Shown: one piece after another, positions 36,258 to 44,265 of the stretch
Layout of the letters: every line of letters starts with the position of its first letter
Numbering within the stretch: position 1 is the first letter of the stretch
Origin: an uncultured Candidatus Actinomarina sp.
GTDB lineage: Bacteria > Actinomycetota > Acidimicrobiia > Actinomarinales > Actinomarinaceae
Length of the DNA stretch: 64,000 nt
Direction of reading: 5' to 3'
Assembly (NCBI GenBank): GCA_902626065.1
Contig: CACODT010000003.1
Span: 18,895 to 82,894 of the forward strand
Notes under the pieces: model-generated
The model's input: only the letters and a program-made list of their open reading frames with translations
What the model was told of the DNA's origin: nothing
The model's database searches: none
Made by a program: the position numbers and the translations under genes

Positions 36258-38828
36258 ATGGCAGCTAAGAAACCAGCAGCTAAGAAACCAGCAGCTAAGA
36301 AACCAGCAGCTAAGAAACCAGTAGCTAAGAAACCAGCAGCTAAGAAACCAGCAGCTAAGAAACCAGCAGCAAAAAAATCAAAATCTTCAGTAGTAACAAA
36401 TAAAAAGCAAACAACCAGAACCGAAACATTAAATGGAGCAATTGCTGTTGAGGATGAAATATCCAAATCATTCTTAGATTATGCAATGTCTGTTATTGTT
36501 TCAAGAGCCTTACCTGATGTTAAAGACGGACTAAAGCCTGTTCAAAGGCGAATTCTGTATTCAATGTATGAAACAGGAATTAGACCAACTGGACCTTTTA
36601 GGAAATGTTCCAAGGTTGTAGGTGATGTAATGGGTAATTATCATCCACACGGTAATGAAGCAATCTACGGAACTCTTGTAAGATTAGGACAAAATTTTAG
36701 TACTAGGTATCCTTTAATTGAACCTCAAGGAAACTTTGGAACACCCGATGATCCACCGGCTGCTATGCGGTACACAGAATCAAGAATGTCTTCTTTGTCA
36801 TCACAACTTTTAGATGGAATAGATGAAGAGACGGTAGATTTCGAACCTAATTATTCTGGGGAAACAACGGAACCAAAAGTTTTACCCGGAAGATTTCCAA
36901 ACCTTTTAATTAATGGAGCCGAGGGTATTGCAGTTGCGATGGCAACAAATATGCCACCGTATAATTTAAAAGAGATTACAGAAGCCGTAAAATTCACTCT
37001 AAAAACAAAAGATCCAAAACCAAAAGACTATTTAAAAATAATAAAAGGACCAGATTTCCCCACAGGAGGCCTTATTGTTGAAACACCAACGATAAAAGAT
37101 GCAATTCTTAAAGGTCGGGGGTCAATAAAACTTCGAGCTGTGGCAGATATCGAAGAACTCGGTAAAGGTAAATCAGCAATTATTGTTAAAGAACTTCCGT
37201 ATCAAGCCTCTATAGATAGAATCATGGAAAAAATAGCATCATTGGTTCAAGATAAAAAGCTAACTGGGGTTTCAGATTTAAGAAACGAAAGTAGTGACAG
37301 AAACGGAACAAGGCTTGTGGTTGAACTTAAGAGAGATGCTGTACCACAGGTTGTATTGAATGAGCTTTTTAAATTTACACAGCTACAAGATACTTTTTCT
37401 GTAAATTCAGTAGCTTTAGTCGAAGGGGTACCAAGGGTTTTATCTGTTCCTGAATTAATTAGATATTATATTGACCATCAAATAGACGTAATTCAACGGA
37501 GATCAAAATTTAGACTTGAAAAGGCAAAAGCAAGGCTACATATCGTTGATGGTTTACTTTTAGCCTTAAATAAAATTGATCAAATAATCAAAGTAATTAA
37601 ATCTTCAAAAGATGTTGAAGTTGCTAAAAAGTCGTTAATGAGTAAATTTAAACTATCAGAAATTCAGGCAACACACATTCTTGATATGCCCCTTAGACGA
37701 CTTACAGCGCTAGAGAAAGAAAAACTTGAAGATGAAAAGAAAGACCTAAAAGAAACTATAAAAGACTTATCTGGAATTTTAAAAAGTAGAGCAAAACAAA
37801 ATCAAATCTTAGTCGAAGAGCTTGATGCAATAACTAACAAATTTGGAGATGAAAGAAGGTCACGTTTAGTTCCCGATGTTGGTGAAGTAAAAATTGAAGA
37901 CTTAATAGAAGATGAAGAGATCATCGTTTCAATTTCCTCAGAGGGATATATTAAATCAGTACCTTCAACATCTTACAAAAAACAAGGAAGGGGCGGTAAA
38001 GGAGTTAAGGCCTCATCCTCCGAAGAAGATGTAATTGAGCACCTTTTATCAACCTCAGTTCATTCTTATCTTCTTTTCTTTACAGATCATGGAAAAGTTT
38101 ATAGAGCTAAAGCGCATGAAATTCCTAAAACTAATAGAATCGCTAAAGGATCTTTAATTCATAATGTTCTATCCATGGGACAAGAAGAAAAAGTACAAGC
38201 GATAATTGATACAAGAGATTATGAAACAGAAAAATTCTTACTCATTATGACTGAGAAAGGAACTGTTAAAAAGTCTAAATTTAAGGATTTTGATTCAAAT
38301 TATAAATCACTTCAGGCTATAAAACTCAAAGATGATGACAAGGTTGTTTCAGTTAAGACAACATCAGGAAAGGAAGATGTAATTCTTGTTTCTCAAAAAG
38401 GGCAAGCAATTAGGTTTGATGAGAATAACCTAAAACCACAAGGAAGAACAGCAATGGGGGTTAGGGGAATAAAACTGCGTGAGGGCGATAAAGTAGTTGG
38501 TGCAGCAACGTCTAGAGAAGAAACTCTTTTATTTATAACGGCAAAAGGATATGGAAAAAGAACAAAACTCGATGAATTTAGAAGGGCTGGAAGAGGAGGT
38601 CTCGGAGTAAAAGCTTTAAAGGTTACCGAAGCAAAAGGAGATTTAGTTGGAGCAAGGTCTGTTGATGAAGATACTGAAGTTATGCTTATGAGTACTGGTG
38701 GAACTGCAATAAGATGTGCAGTAAAGCAAATAAAACAAATGAGTAGAGTTGCTCAAGGAGTAAAGGTTATGAAGCTTTCAAAAGAAGAGGAAATATCAGC
38801 ATTTATTCCGATTAAAAACGAATCATAA
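36258..38828 (+). CDS. gyrA: DNA gyrase subunit A with an N-terminal lysine-rich (AAKKP)n extension
   Basis: ATG lies 1 nt after the gyrB stop. 'MAAKKPAAKKPAAKKPAAKKPVAKKPAAKKPAAKKPAAKKSKSS' precedes the canonical 'FLDYAMSVIVSRALPDVKDGLKPVQRRILYSM', 'GNYHPHG' and 'RYTESRM' (catalytic Tyr region), followed by the C-terminal beta-pinwheel repeats. Confidence 0.97.
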   Translation: MAAKKPAAKKPAAKKPAAKKPVAKKPAAKKPAAKKPAAKKSKSSVVTNKKQTTRTETLNGAIAVEDEISKSFLDYAMSVIVSRALPDVKDGLKPVQRRILYSMYETGIRPTGPFRKCSKVVGDVMGNYHPHGNEAIYGTLVRLGQNFSTRYPLIEPQGNFGTPDDPPAAMRYTESRMSSLSSQLLDGIDEETVDFEPNYSGETTEPKVLPGRFPNLLINGAEGIAVAMATNMPPYNLKEITEAVKFTLKTKDPKPKDYLKIIKGPDFPTGGLIVETPTIKDAILKGRGSIKLRAVADIEELGKGKSAIIVKELPYQASIDRIMEKIASLVQDKKLTGVSDLRNESSDRNGTRLVVELKRDAVPQVVLNELFKFTQLQDTFSVNSVALVEGVPRVLSVPELIRYYIDHQIDVIQRRSKFRLEKAKARLHIVDGLLLALNKIDQIIKVIKSSKDVEVAKKSLMSKFKLSEIQATHILDMPLRRLTALEKEKLEDEKKDLKETIKDLSGILKSRAKQNQILVEELDAITNKFGDERRSRLVPDVGEVKIEDLIEDEEIIVSISSEGYIKSVPSTSYKKQGRGGKGVKASSSEEDVIEHLLSTSVHSYLLFFTDHGKVYRAKAHEIPKTNRIAKGSLIHNVLSMGQEEKVQAIIDTRDYETEKFLLIMTEKGTVKKSKFKDFDSNYKSLQAIKLKDDDKVVSVKTTSGKEDVILVSQKGQAIRFDENNLKPQGRTAMGVRGIKLREGDKVVGAATSREETLLFITAKGYGKRTKLDEFRRAGRGGLGVKALKVTEAKGDLVGARSVDEDTEVMLMSTGGTAIRCAVKQIKQMSRVAQGVKVMKLSKEEEISAFIPIKNES
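36261..36380 (+). repeat. 15-bp in-frame tandem repeat (7 near-identical plus 1 degenerate copy), 'gcagctaagaaacca'
   Basis: Units start at 36261, 36276, 36291, 36306, 36321 (g-t variant), 36336 and 36351. A degenerate unit spans 36366-36380. Encodes AAKKP repeats at the GyrA N-terminus. Confidence 0.95.
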
Positions 38829-39418
38829 TGGTAAGAGTTAATAGAGTTAGAAGAATTATTAGAAAGGTTGATCCCTGGACAGTTTTAAAGGTTTCTTTTG
38901 TTTTTAACTTTATTATTTCACTCACAATTGTTTTAGGTTTTTCGATTTTATGGGTTTTGCTTGTTAACGCAGGCGTTCCACAGGGACTTGAAGAAATTGC
39001 CAGAAGACTCGCATTACTTGATGACAATGCTTCACTAGTTGGAAATGTTGAATCTTTATTCTCAAGTGTTTTGTTCTTTGCAATTGTTTACCTTCTAACT
39101 CAAACAGCTATAACAACTCTTGGAGCATTTTTTTACAATTTGATTTCTGATTTAGTTGGTGGAATTGAGGTTATTGTTTTAGAGGAATCATATAACGAAA
39201 TAAACTCAAAATCTACACCCAATAATTCTAAAAATGAAAACACCGAAACAGCGGTAATGCCTTTTTCCAAAACAATAGGAAGATTTAAAAAGTCAAGAAA
39301 TAAAAGTGATGAATTTATAGTTCCAGAAATGCCAAGACCTGATGTACCTAGAGACATCGAAGAAGAAACACTTACTGAAACTTTAAAAAGTTATCCTGAA
39401 AACGATACCGAACAATAA
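38828..39418 (+). CDS. DUF3566-type membrane protein (Rv0007 position)
   Basis: 'VRRIIRKVDPWTVLKVSFVFNFIISLTIVLGFSILWVLL' plus a second TM. The ATG overlaps the gyrA stop (TAATG). This is the conserved actinobacterial neighbour of gyrA. Confidence 0.7.
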   Translation: MVRVNRVRRIIRKVDPWTVLKVSFVFNFIISLTIVLGFSILWVLLVNAGVPQGLEEIARRLALLDDNASLVGNVESLFSSVLFFAIVYLLTQTAITTLGAFFYNLISDLVGGIEVIVLEESYNEINSKSTPNNSKNENTETAVMPFSKTIGRFKKSRNKSDEFIVPEMPRPDVPRDIEEETLTETLKSYPENDTEQ

Positions 39419-39447
39419 ATTTTGCTACACTTAATCACTAAATAAAT

Positions 39448-39532
39448 AAAGTAACAAAGCGAAGCTAGTGAAAATCTAGCACTGTCCCGCAACTGTGATT
39501 CGAAAGATAAGTCAGGTCGACTTTATTACTTT
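39448..39532 (+). promoter_or_regulatory. Cobalamin riboswitch-like aptamer (compact form)
   Basis: 'AGCGAAGCUAGUGAAAAUCUAGCACUGUCCCGCAACUGUGA' matches the conserved core GGGAA..GGUGAAAAUCC...C.G.CCCGC.ACUGU.A. 'AAGUCAGG' matches the B12-box start. A closing helix AAAGUAA(39448-54)/UUACUUU(39526-32) is possible. There is no long P6 extension. A downstream helix CGAGAGAAG/CUUUUUCUCG lies just before the RBS of the BtuF-like gene. Confidence 0.65.
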
Positions 39533-39597
39533 TTTACAACAATCCTCGAGAGAAGGAATGGAGTATCGTACTTTTTCTCGTGGTAAGAAAGGAAAAT

Positions 39598-40569
39598 ATG
39601 AAAACAAAAACACTTCTTCTTGCCATGATAATTTCAATGTGTGGAGGTACATTTGATGAAGGTAATGAAAAAAACATTATTTCACTATCAACCACTCACA
39701 CAGAAATTATTCAAATGCTTGAAGCTGAGAACCAGCTAATTGGTGTTGACTCGTTCTCAGAAACAGAGCTTCCAATAAAAAAAATAGATGCCTATACAGT
39801 TACAGCTGACGAGCTTCTTTTGCTCAATCCAGATATTGTCATTGTTGCTTTTGATTTTAACGGTATCGTAGAGGGATTAGAAAATTTAAATATTGAATAT
39901 GTTCTTCTTCCACCTGCACAAAATTTGGATGACGTTTATTACCAAATTGAAACGATTGGGACAATTATTAACAAAGAAAATACAGCAAGTTCTCTAGTTT
40001 TAGAAATGAAATCTGACATTGATGAAATTATTGAAAACTCAGCAACTGAATCTAGATCTGTTTATCACGAAATTGGTTACACATATGGCATATATTCAAT
40101 AAATGAAAATTCTTTTTTAGGAGAAATTTACAATATTCTTGGTGTAAGCAATATTGCAGATAAGACTGAGGACCCGTACGGATCTGGTTACCCACTTCTT
40201 GAAGAAGAACAGGTTTTAAATGCAAACCCTGATCTAATCGTAATTGGACACTCTGACTTTTTGAATAAAGACATTTCAACAAGACAAGGTTGGGATGGAC
40301 TTAATGCCGTAACAAATGAGAATGTTTATTTCCTTGATGAAAATCTAGCAAATAATTGGGGTGTAAATACTGTTGATTTGATAAATACATTATCTGAAAT
40401 AACAAAATTTAATGAAGATCCTGGTTTAGTTTATAAAGCAAAATATTTAGAAAGTGATCTTGGAAGCTCAGACAGTACTCAAAACATCATCATTGCAACA
40501 ATAATTGTGATAATCTTGACAGCGTACATACTTATTACCAGAAGGAATAAGAGTAAAGTACAAAGTTAA
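39598..40569 (+). CDS. Periplasmic-binding-protein (BtuF/FecB class) lipoprotein, probable cobalamin binding, with C-terminal TM helix
   Basis: I prefer ATG 39598 (after 'AAGAAAGGAAAAT') over the track GTG 39580. Lipobox 'IISMCGG'. 'IISLSTTHTEIIQMLEAENQLIGVDSFS' and 'LLLLNPDIVIV' are typical class-III binding-protein motifs. C-terminal 'IIIATIIVIILTAYILITRRNK'. Confidence 0.7.
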   Translation: MKTKTLLLAMIISMCGGTFDEGNEKNIISLSTTHTEIIQMLEAENQLIGVDSFSETELPIKKIDAYTVTADELLLLNPDIVIVAFDFNGIVEGLENLNIEYVLLPPAQNLDDVYYQIETIGTIINKENTASSLVLEMKSDIDEIIENSATESRSVYHEIGYTYGIYSINENSFLGEIYNILGVSNIADKTEDPYGSGYPLLEEEQVLNANPDLIVIGHSDFLNKDISTRQGWDGLNAVTNENVYFLDENLANNWGVNTVDLINTLSEITKFNEDPGLVYKAKYLESDLGSSDSTQNIIIATIIVIILTAYILITRRNKSKVQS

Positions 40570-40583
40570 GGAGATAAATTACA

Positions 40584-41492
40584 ATGAAGGGTTATTCTAA
40601 CGAGCTCTACATACTTGCATTTGATCACAGAGGAACTCTAACAAAAGGTCTTTTAGGTGTAGAAGGAAGACCGCCTAATGAGGAAGAGGCATCAAGAGTA
40701 TCTTCAATGAAAGATATTATTTTTGATGGATTTATAGAAGCCAAAGAAACAGGTATTGGGACGGGTGAACCTGCAATACTTGTTGACGAGACTTTCGGAT
40801 TACAAGTACAACAAAAAGCAAAAGAATTGGGTGTTAAGTTTGCAGCCCCTGTTGAGAAATCAGGTCAAAAAGTATTTGATTTTGAGTATGGTGATGAATT
40901 TGGAGAAAAGATAAAAGAAGTTAATGCTGATTTTGTAAAAATTTTAGTTAGATGGAACCCAAATGATGACGAAGAAACTAGAGAAGTCCAAGGTAAAAGA
41001 ATAAAAACATTATCTGATTGGCTTGAAGAAAATGAAAGAAAATTTTTGCTGGAATTTCTAGTCCCTGCGACTGAAGAGCAATTGTCGAGTGTAGACGGAG
41101 ATCAATCAAGATACGATTCGGAAATAAGGCCGAAACTAGCAGTTCAGGTTGTTGAAGAGATGAGAGAAAAAGGAGCAGACCCTGACATTTGGAAGATAGA
41201 AGGATTAGACAGAAAAGAAGATTGTGAAAAAATCTCGTCTGCAATCAAAGATGGTGGCAGAGATGATGTAATAGCCGTTGTTCTTGGTAGAGGTGCAAAT
41301 GACGAAAAAGTTAATGAGTGGCTGAGGGCTGGATCATCTGTTGATGGATATAGTGGCTTTGCGATAGGTAGGTCTATATTTTGGAACTCACTTAAAGGAT
41401 GGCATGAAAATGAAAAGTCAAGAGAAGAAGCCGTATCAGAAATAGCCAATTCATATTTAAATTTTATCTCTGTATATCAAAACGGGAGCTAA
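40584..41492 (+). CDS. Class I aldolase-fold protein (DUF2090 / LacD-IolJ-like)
   Basis: N-terminal 'LYILAFDHRGTL' resembles the 'AFDHRG'/'ALDQRG' start of DUF2090 and tagatose-bisphosphate aldolase TIM barrels. 'DIWKIEGL' resembles the Schiff-base Lys strand 'DVLKVEVP'. Assignment is from memory only. Confidence 0.5.
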   Translation: MKGYSNELYILAFDHRGTLTKGLLGVEGRPPNEEEASRVSSMKDIIFDGFIEAKETGIGTGEPAILVDETFGLQVQQKAKELGVKFAAPVEKSGQKVFDFEYGDEFGEKIKEVNADFVKILVRWNPNDDEETREVQGKRIKTLSDWLEENERKFLLEFLVPATEEQLSSVDGDQSRYDSEIRPKLAVQVVEEMREKGADPDIWKIEGLDRKEDCEKISSAIKDGGRDDVIAVVLGRGANDEKVNEWLRAGSSVDGYSGFAIGRSIFWNSLKGWHENEKSREEAVSEIANSYLNFISVYQNGS

Positions 41493-41495
41493 GAA

Positions 41496-42698
41496 ATGCC
41501 TGTTGGCAAAGCGGTAATTGGTCAATCAGGTGGTCCGACAGCTGTAATTAATAAGTCATTAGTTGGTTTCATAAAAGAGGCTATTAATCAGGAATACGAT
41601 GAAATACTTGGAGCACGACACGGACTGGAGGGGATATTAAAGGAGGATTTTGTTGATTTATCTAAACTTTCAGAGTCTCAACTTTATGGAATATCGAAAA
41701 CACCTGCAGCTGCTTTAGGCTCAGTAAGAAAAAAACCAACAGATAATGATATTGAGCAATTGATTTCAATTTTTGAGAAACAAAACATAAGATATTTTTT
41801 TTACATCGGTGGAAATGATTCTGCAGAAACTGCAAATCTTGTATCTGAGGGTGCTAAAAAAATAGGATATGAAATTAAAGCTTTTCATGTCCCTAAAACT
41901 ATAGATAATGACCTTTTGGAAACGGATCATTGTCCAGGTTATGGTTCAGCAGCCCGATTTGTTGCTCATGCATTTCAAGGGGATGATGCTGACAACAGGA
42001 GCCTTAGAGGAATAAAAATCAATGTTTTAATGGGTAGGCATGCAGGATGGCTTACCGCTGCCAGCACTTTAGGAAAATCAACTGAAGAAGATGGTCCACA
42101 TTTAGTTTATGTTCCTGAGAAAATATTTAATTTAGATGAATTTTTAAAGGATGTAAAAGAAGTTTACGATTCATTAGGAAGATGTGTAGTTGCAGTATCC
42201 GAAGGCATTCACAATAAAGATGGTGAGTACTTTCTCCAAACATATGCAAGCGAAACAGGTTCTGGACTTGCAGGAAAAAAAGATAGCCACGGAAACATCC
42301 AGCTCTCAGGTTCGGGTGCCTTAGGAGATACACTTACAAACATTGTCTCAGAACATATTGAAGGAGCCAGGGTAAGAGCAGATACGTTTGGCTATCTTCA
42401 GAGATCTTTTCTCGCAGATATTTCAGAAGTAGACGCTGAAGAGGCCGAGAGGGTTGGACAGCATGCAGTTGTAGCTTCAAAAGATAAAGAAAGCGGATCA
42501 ATTATTCTAAGAAGACAGTTTTCAGAAACTTATTATTGCGATGTAGATGTCGTTGAATTACATAAGGTCGCAAAACACACAAAAAATATGCCGGAGGAAT
42601 ACCTAGAAAAAAATAAACCATATGTGACAAATGATTTTTTTGAATACGCAATGCCTTTAACTGGAGGTATAGAGCCCAAAACACAGATATTTGTATAA
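41496..42698 (+). CDS. pfp: 6-phosphofructokinase, probably PPi-dependent type
   Basis: 'IGQSGGPTAVINKSLVG', 'FFYIGGNDSAETA', 'VPKTIDNDL', 'MGRHAGWL'. The GG-N-D-S sequence (acidic residue where ATP-PFKs have GGDGS) and the roughly 400-aa length suggest PPi-PFK. Confidence 0.8.
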   Translation: MPVGKAVIGQSGGPTAVINKSLVGFIKEAINQEYDEILGARHGLEGILKEDFVDLSKLSESQLYGISKTPAAALGSVRKKPTDNDIEQLISIFEKQNIRYFFYIGGNDSAETANLVSEGAKKIGYEIKAFHVPKTIDNDLLETDHCPGYGSAARFVAHAFQGDDADNRSLRGIKINVLMGRHAGWLTAASTLGKSTEEDGPHLVYVPEKIFNLDEFLKDVKEVYDSLGRCVVAVSEGIHNKDGEYFLQTYASETGSGLAGKKDSHGNIQLSGSGALGDTLTNIVSEHIEGARVRADTFGYLQRSFLADISEVDAEEAERVGQHAVVASKDKESGSIILRRQFSETYYCDVDVVELHKVAKHTKNMPEEYLEKNKPYVTNDFFEYAMPLTGGIEPKTQIFV

Positions 42699-43130
42699 AT
42701 GTCAAAAATAGAATTATCTAGAGAAGATTTTAAAGCATTCTGGGAGGCAACTGTTAGATATTACGAGCTTGATCCTCAAGGTGTAATGCATAATGCAAAC
42801 TATGTTGCTTTCTTTGATCAAGCTATCACTGCTTACTTCAAACATGTAAATTACGATTATTTCAAAGACATTGAAGAAACAAAAAAAGACTTTCACACAG
42901 TACAAGTTTTAGTTCAATATCATAAACCACTTCATTTTGAAGACACAATAGAGATAGGAACAAAAATAAAAAATGTTGGTAACACAAGTATGACTTGGAT
43001 AATGGGAATGTTTAACAAAAAATCAGGTGATTTAGTAAGTTCCTGTGAGGCTGTTCATGTTTATACAGATCAAATAACGATGAAACCAACTTTAATAACT
43101 GATGAACTCAAAAAAAAATTAAATTTTTGA
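42699..43130 (+). CDS. Acyl-CoA thioesterase, hotdog fold (YbgC/4HBT family)
   Basis: 'VRYYELDPQGVMHNANYVAFFDQA' is the typical 4HBT N-terminal catalytic motif. 143 aa. Confidence 0.8.
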   Translation: MSKIELSREDFKAFWEATVRYYELDPQGVMHNANYVAFFDQAITAYFKHVNYDYFKDIEETKKDFHTVQVLVQYHKPLHFEDTIEIGTKIKNVGNTSMTWIMGMFNKKSGDLVSSCEAVHVYTDQITMKPTLITDELKKKLNF

Positions 43131-43160
43131 TGATTTAATAATTACTATTAATACATAAAT

Positions 43161-43664
43161 ATGAAAAAAATAAGCATACTTTTTTTTATTCTATTTTTTA
43201 ATATTTGTGTTTCATCGGAAAATGGAGTTATTTCAATTTCTGAAAACACAGTAACAACCCAAATTGTAAATGAAGAAGATTATCCATTTGTTTTAGCAAA
43301 TTGTTTAAATGATGAAAAGGGCTATCAAATTTTAACTCCTTTTGATTTAGAGGATTTAAAAACAACAATAAACCAATTAAGTCAAAGTAAGGAAGATGAA
43401 TTAGAACTCAAAGAAGCTATTGATTTTTGTATTGATAAATACAACCTATGGACCGATCGAAGTACTTTAAACCCAGAAGAACTGGCAAAATTGTATGATG
43501 AAAATATTTCTTTGGCAAAATGTCTGAGAGAAAAAGGTCTTGATGTATCCGATCCAACTCAAGATCAACCTAAAATTGATTTAAGCAACTTAGTTCAATC
43601 AAAAGATGAAACAATTGCTTTATTAGACGAATGTGAGGTTGATGAAAAAACAACTAAAAAATAA
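43161..43664 (+). CDS. Secreted 4-Cys repeat protein, paralog 1
   Basis: Signal peptide 'MKKISILFFILFFNICVSS'. Two modules: 'LANCLNDEKGYQILTP...DFC' and 'LAKCLREKGLDVSDP...DEC'. Confidence 0.75.
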   Translation: MKKISILFFILFFNICVSSENGVISISENTVTTQIVNEEDYPFVLANCLNDEKGYQILTPFDLEDLKTTINQLSQSKEDELELKEAIDFCIDKYNLWTDRSTLNPEELAKLYDENISLAKCLREKGLDVSDPTQDQPKIDLSNLVQSKDETIALLDECEVDEKTTKK

Positions 43665-44241
43665 GTCTTTAATATTATTAATTTTTTTACTAATTCAAGC
43701 TTGTTCAGCTTCAAATGAGCAAAAAGGTGTCGTTTCTTCCGAAGACTTAACAATACAAACAACTGTTACAACAGTAATAACAGTTCAGGACAATCCTGAA
43801 ATTGAAGATTTAACAGAAGAGGAAGCACAGCTAATACTTGCAGGATGTTTAAGGGAAAAAGGTTATGATGTCGCAGATCCAAAAAATGATGAGGGCTTAA
43901 GAACAGTTTTAACACCAATATTTATTAGTTTCAATGAAAAACAGAGGGAGGAGTTGTTTCAAAATATACAATTGTGTGCAGAGGAGAACTCTATTCCACT
44001 TGAAAGCAACAATGACTTTGAAAACCCTGACGATGTTGCTGATAGGCTTGACACTGAACTTGAGTTTGCGCAGTGTCTAAGAGGTAAAGGAATAGATGTT
44101 TCTGATCCATCATCTGAAGAACCTCTAAGACCAATACTTATTGAACTTGTACAGTCGGAAAAATATACAGCGAATAAAATACGAGAAGCTGCTGCAGAGT
44201 GTTTTGACGATCTAGGTCTTGATCCTCCGCCTGGCGGGTAG
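43642..44241 (+). CDS. Secreted 4-Cys repeat lipoprotein, paralog 2
   Basis: Preferred ATG 43642 gives 'MKKQLKNKSLILLIFLLIQACSAS' (lipobox). Modules: 'LAGCLREKGYDVADP...QLC' and 'FAQCLRGKGIDVSDP...AEC'. Overlaps paralog 1 by 23 nt. Confidence 0.75.
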   Translation: MKKQLKNKSLILLIFLLIQACSASNEQKGVVSSEDLTIQTTVTTVITVQDNPEIEDLTEEEAQLILAGCLREKGYDVADPKNDEGLRTVLTPIFISFNEKQREELFQNIQLCAEENSIPLESNNDFENPDDVADRLDTELEFAQCLRGKGIDVSDPSSEEPLRPILIELVQSEKYTANKIREAAAECFDDLGLDPPPGG

Positions 44242-44265
44242 CAAAAAATACTTTATAATTTTGAT

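Noticed and set aside
36261-36380. Tandem 15-bp repeat array considered as a CRISPR or minisatellite element
   Set aside because: There are no spacers. The units are contiguous, in frame and encode the GyrA N-terminal AAKKP repeat. No cas genes or leader are present. It is a coding tandem repeat.
36113-36466. 117-aa minus-strand ORF with 'AAGFLAAGFL' repeats
   Set aside because: It is the antisense reading of the 15-bp gyrA tandem repeat and overlaps the ends of gyrB and gyrA, both of which have unambiguous homology. It is a mirror-image artefact of the repeat.
39419-39580. Expected tRNA-Ile/tRNA-Ala genes after the DUF3566 gene, as in many actinobacteria
   Set aside because: No cloverleaf-compatible sequence or T-loop (GGTTCGAATCC-like) motif is present. 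The G+C-richer patch matches a cobalamin riboswitch core instead. I saw no tRNA or rRNA anywhere in the window.
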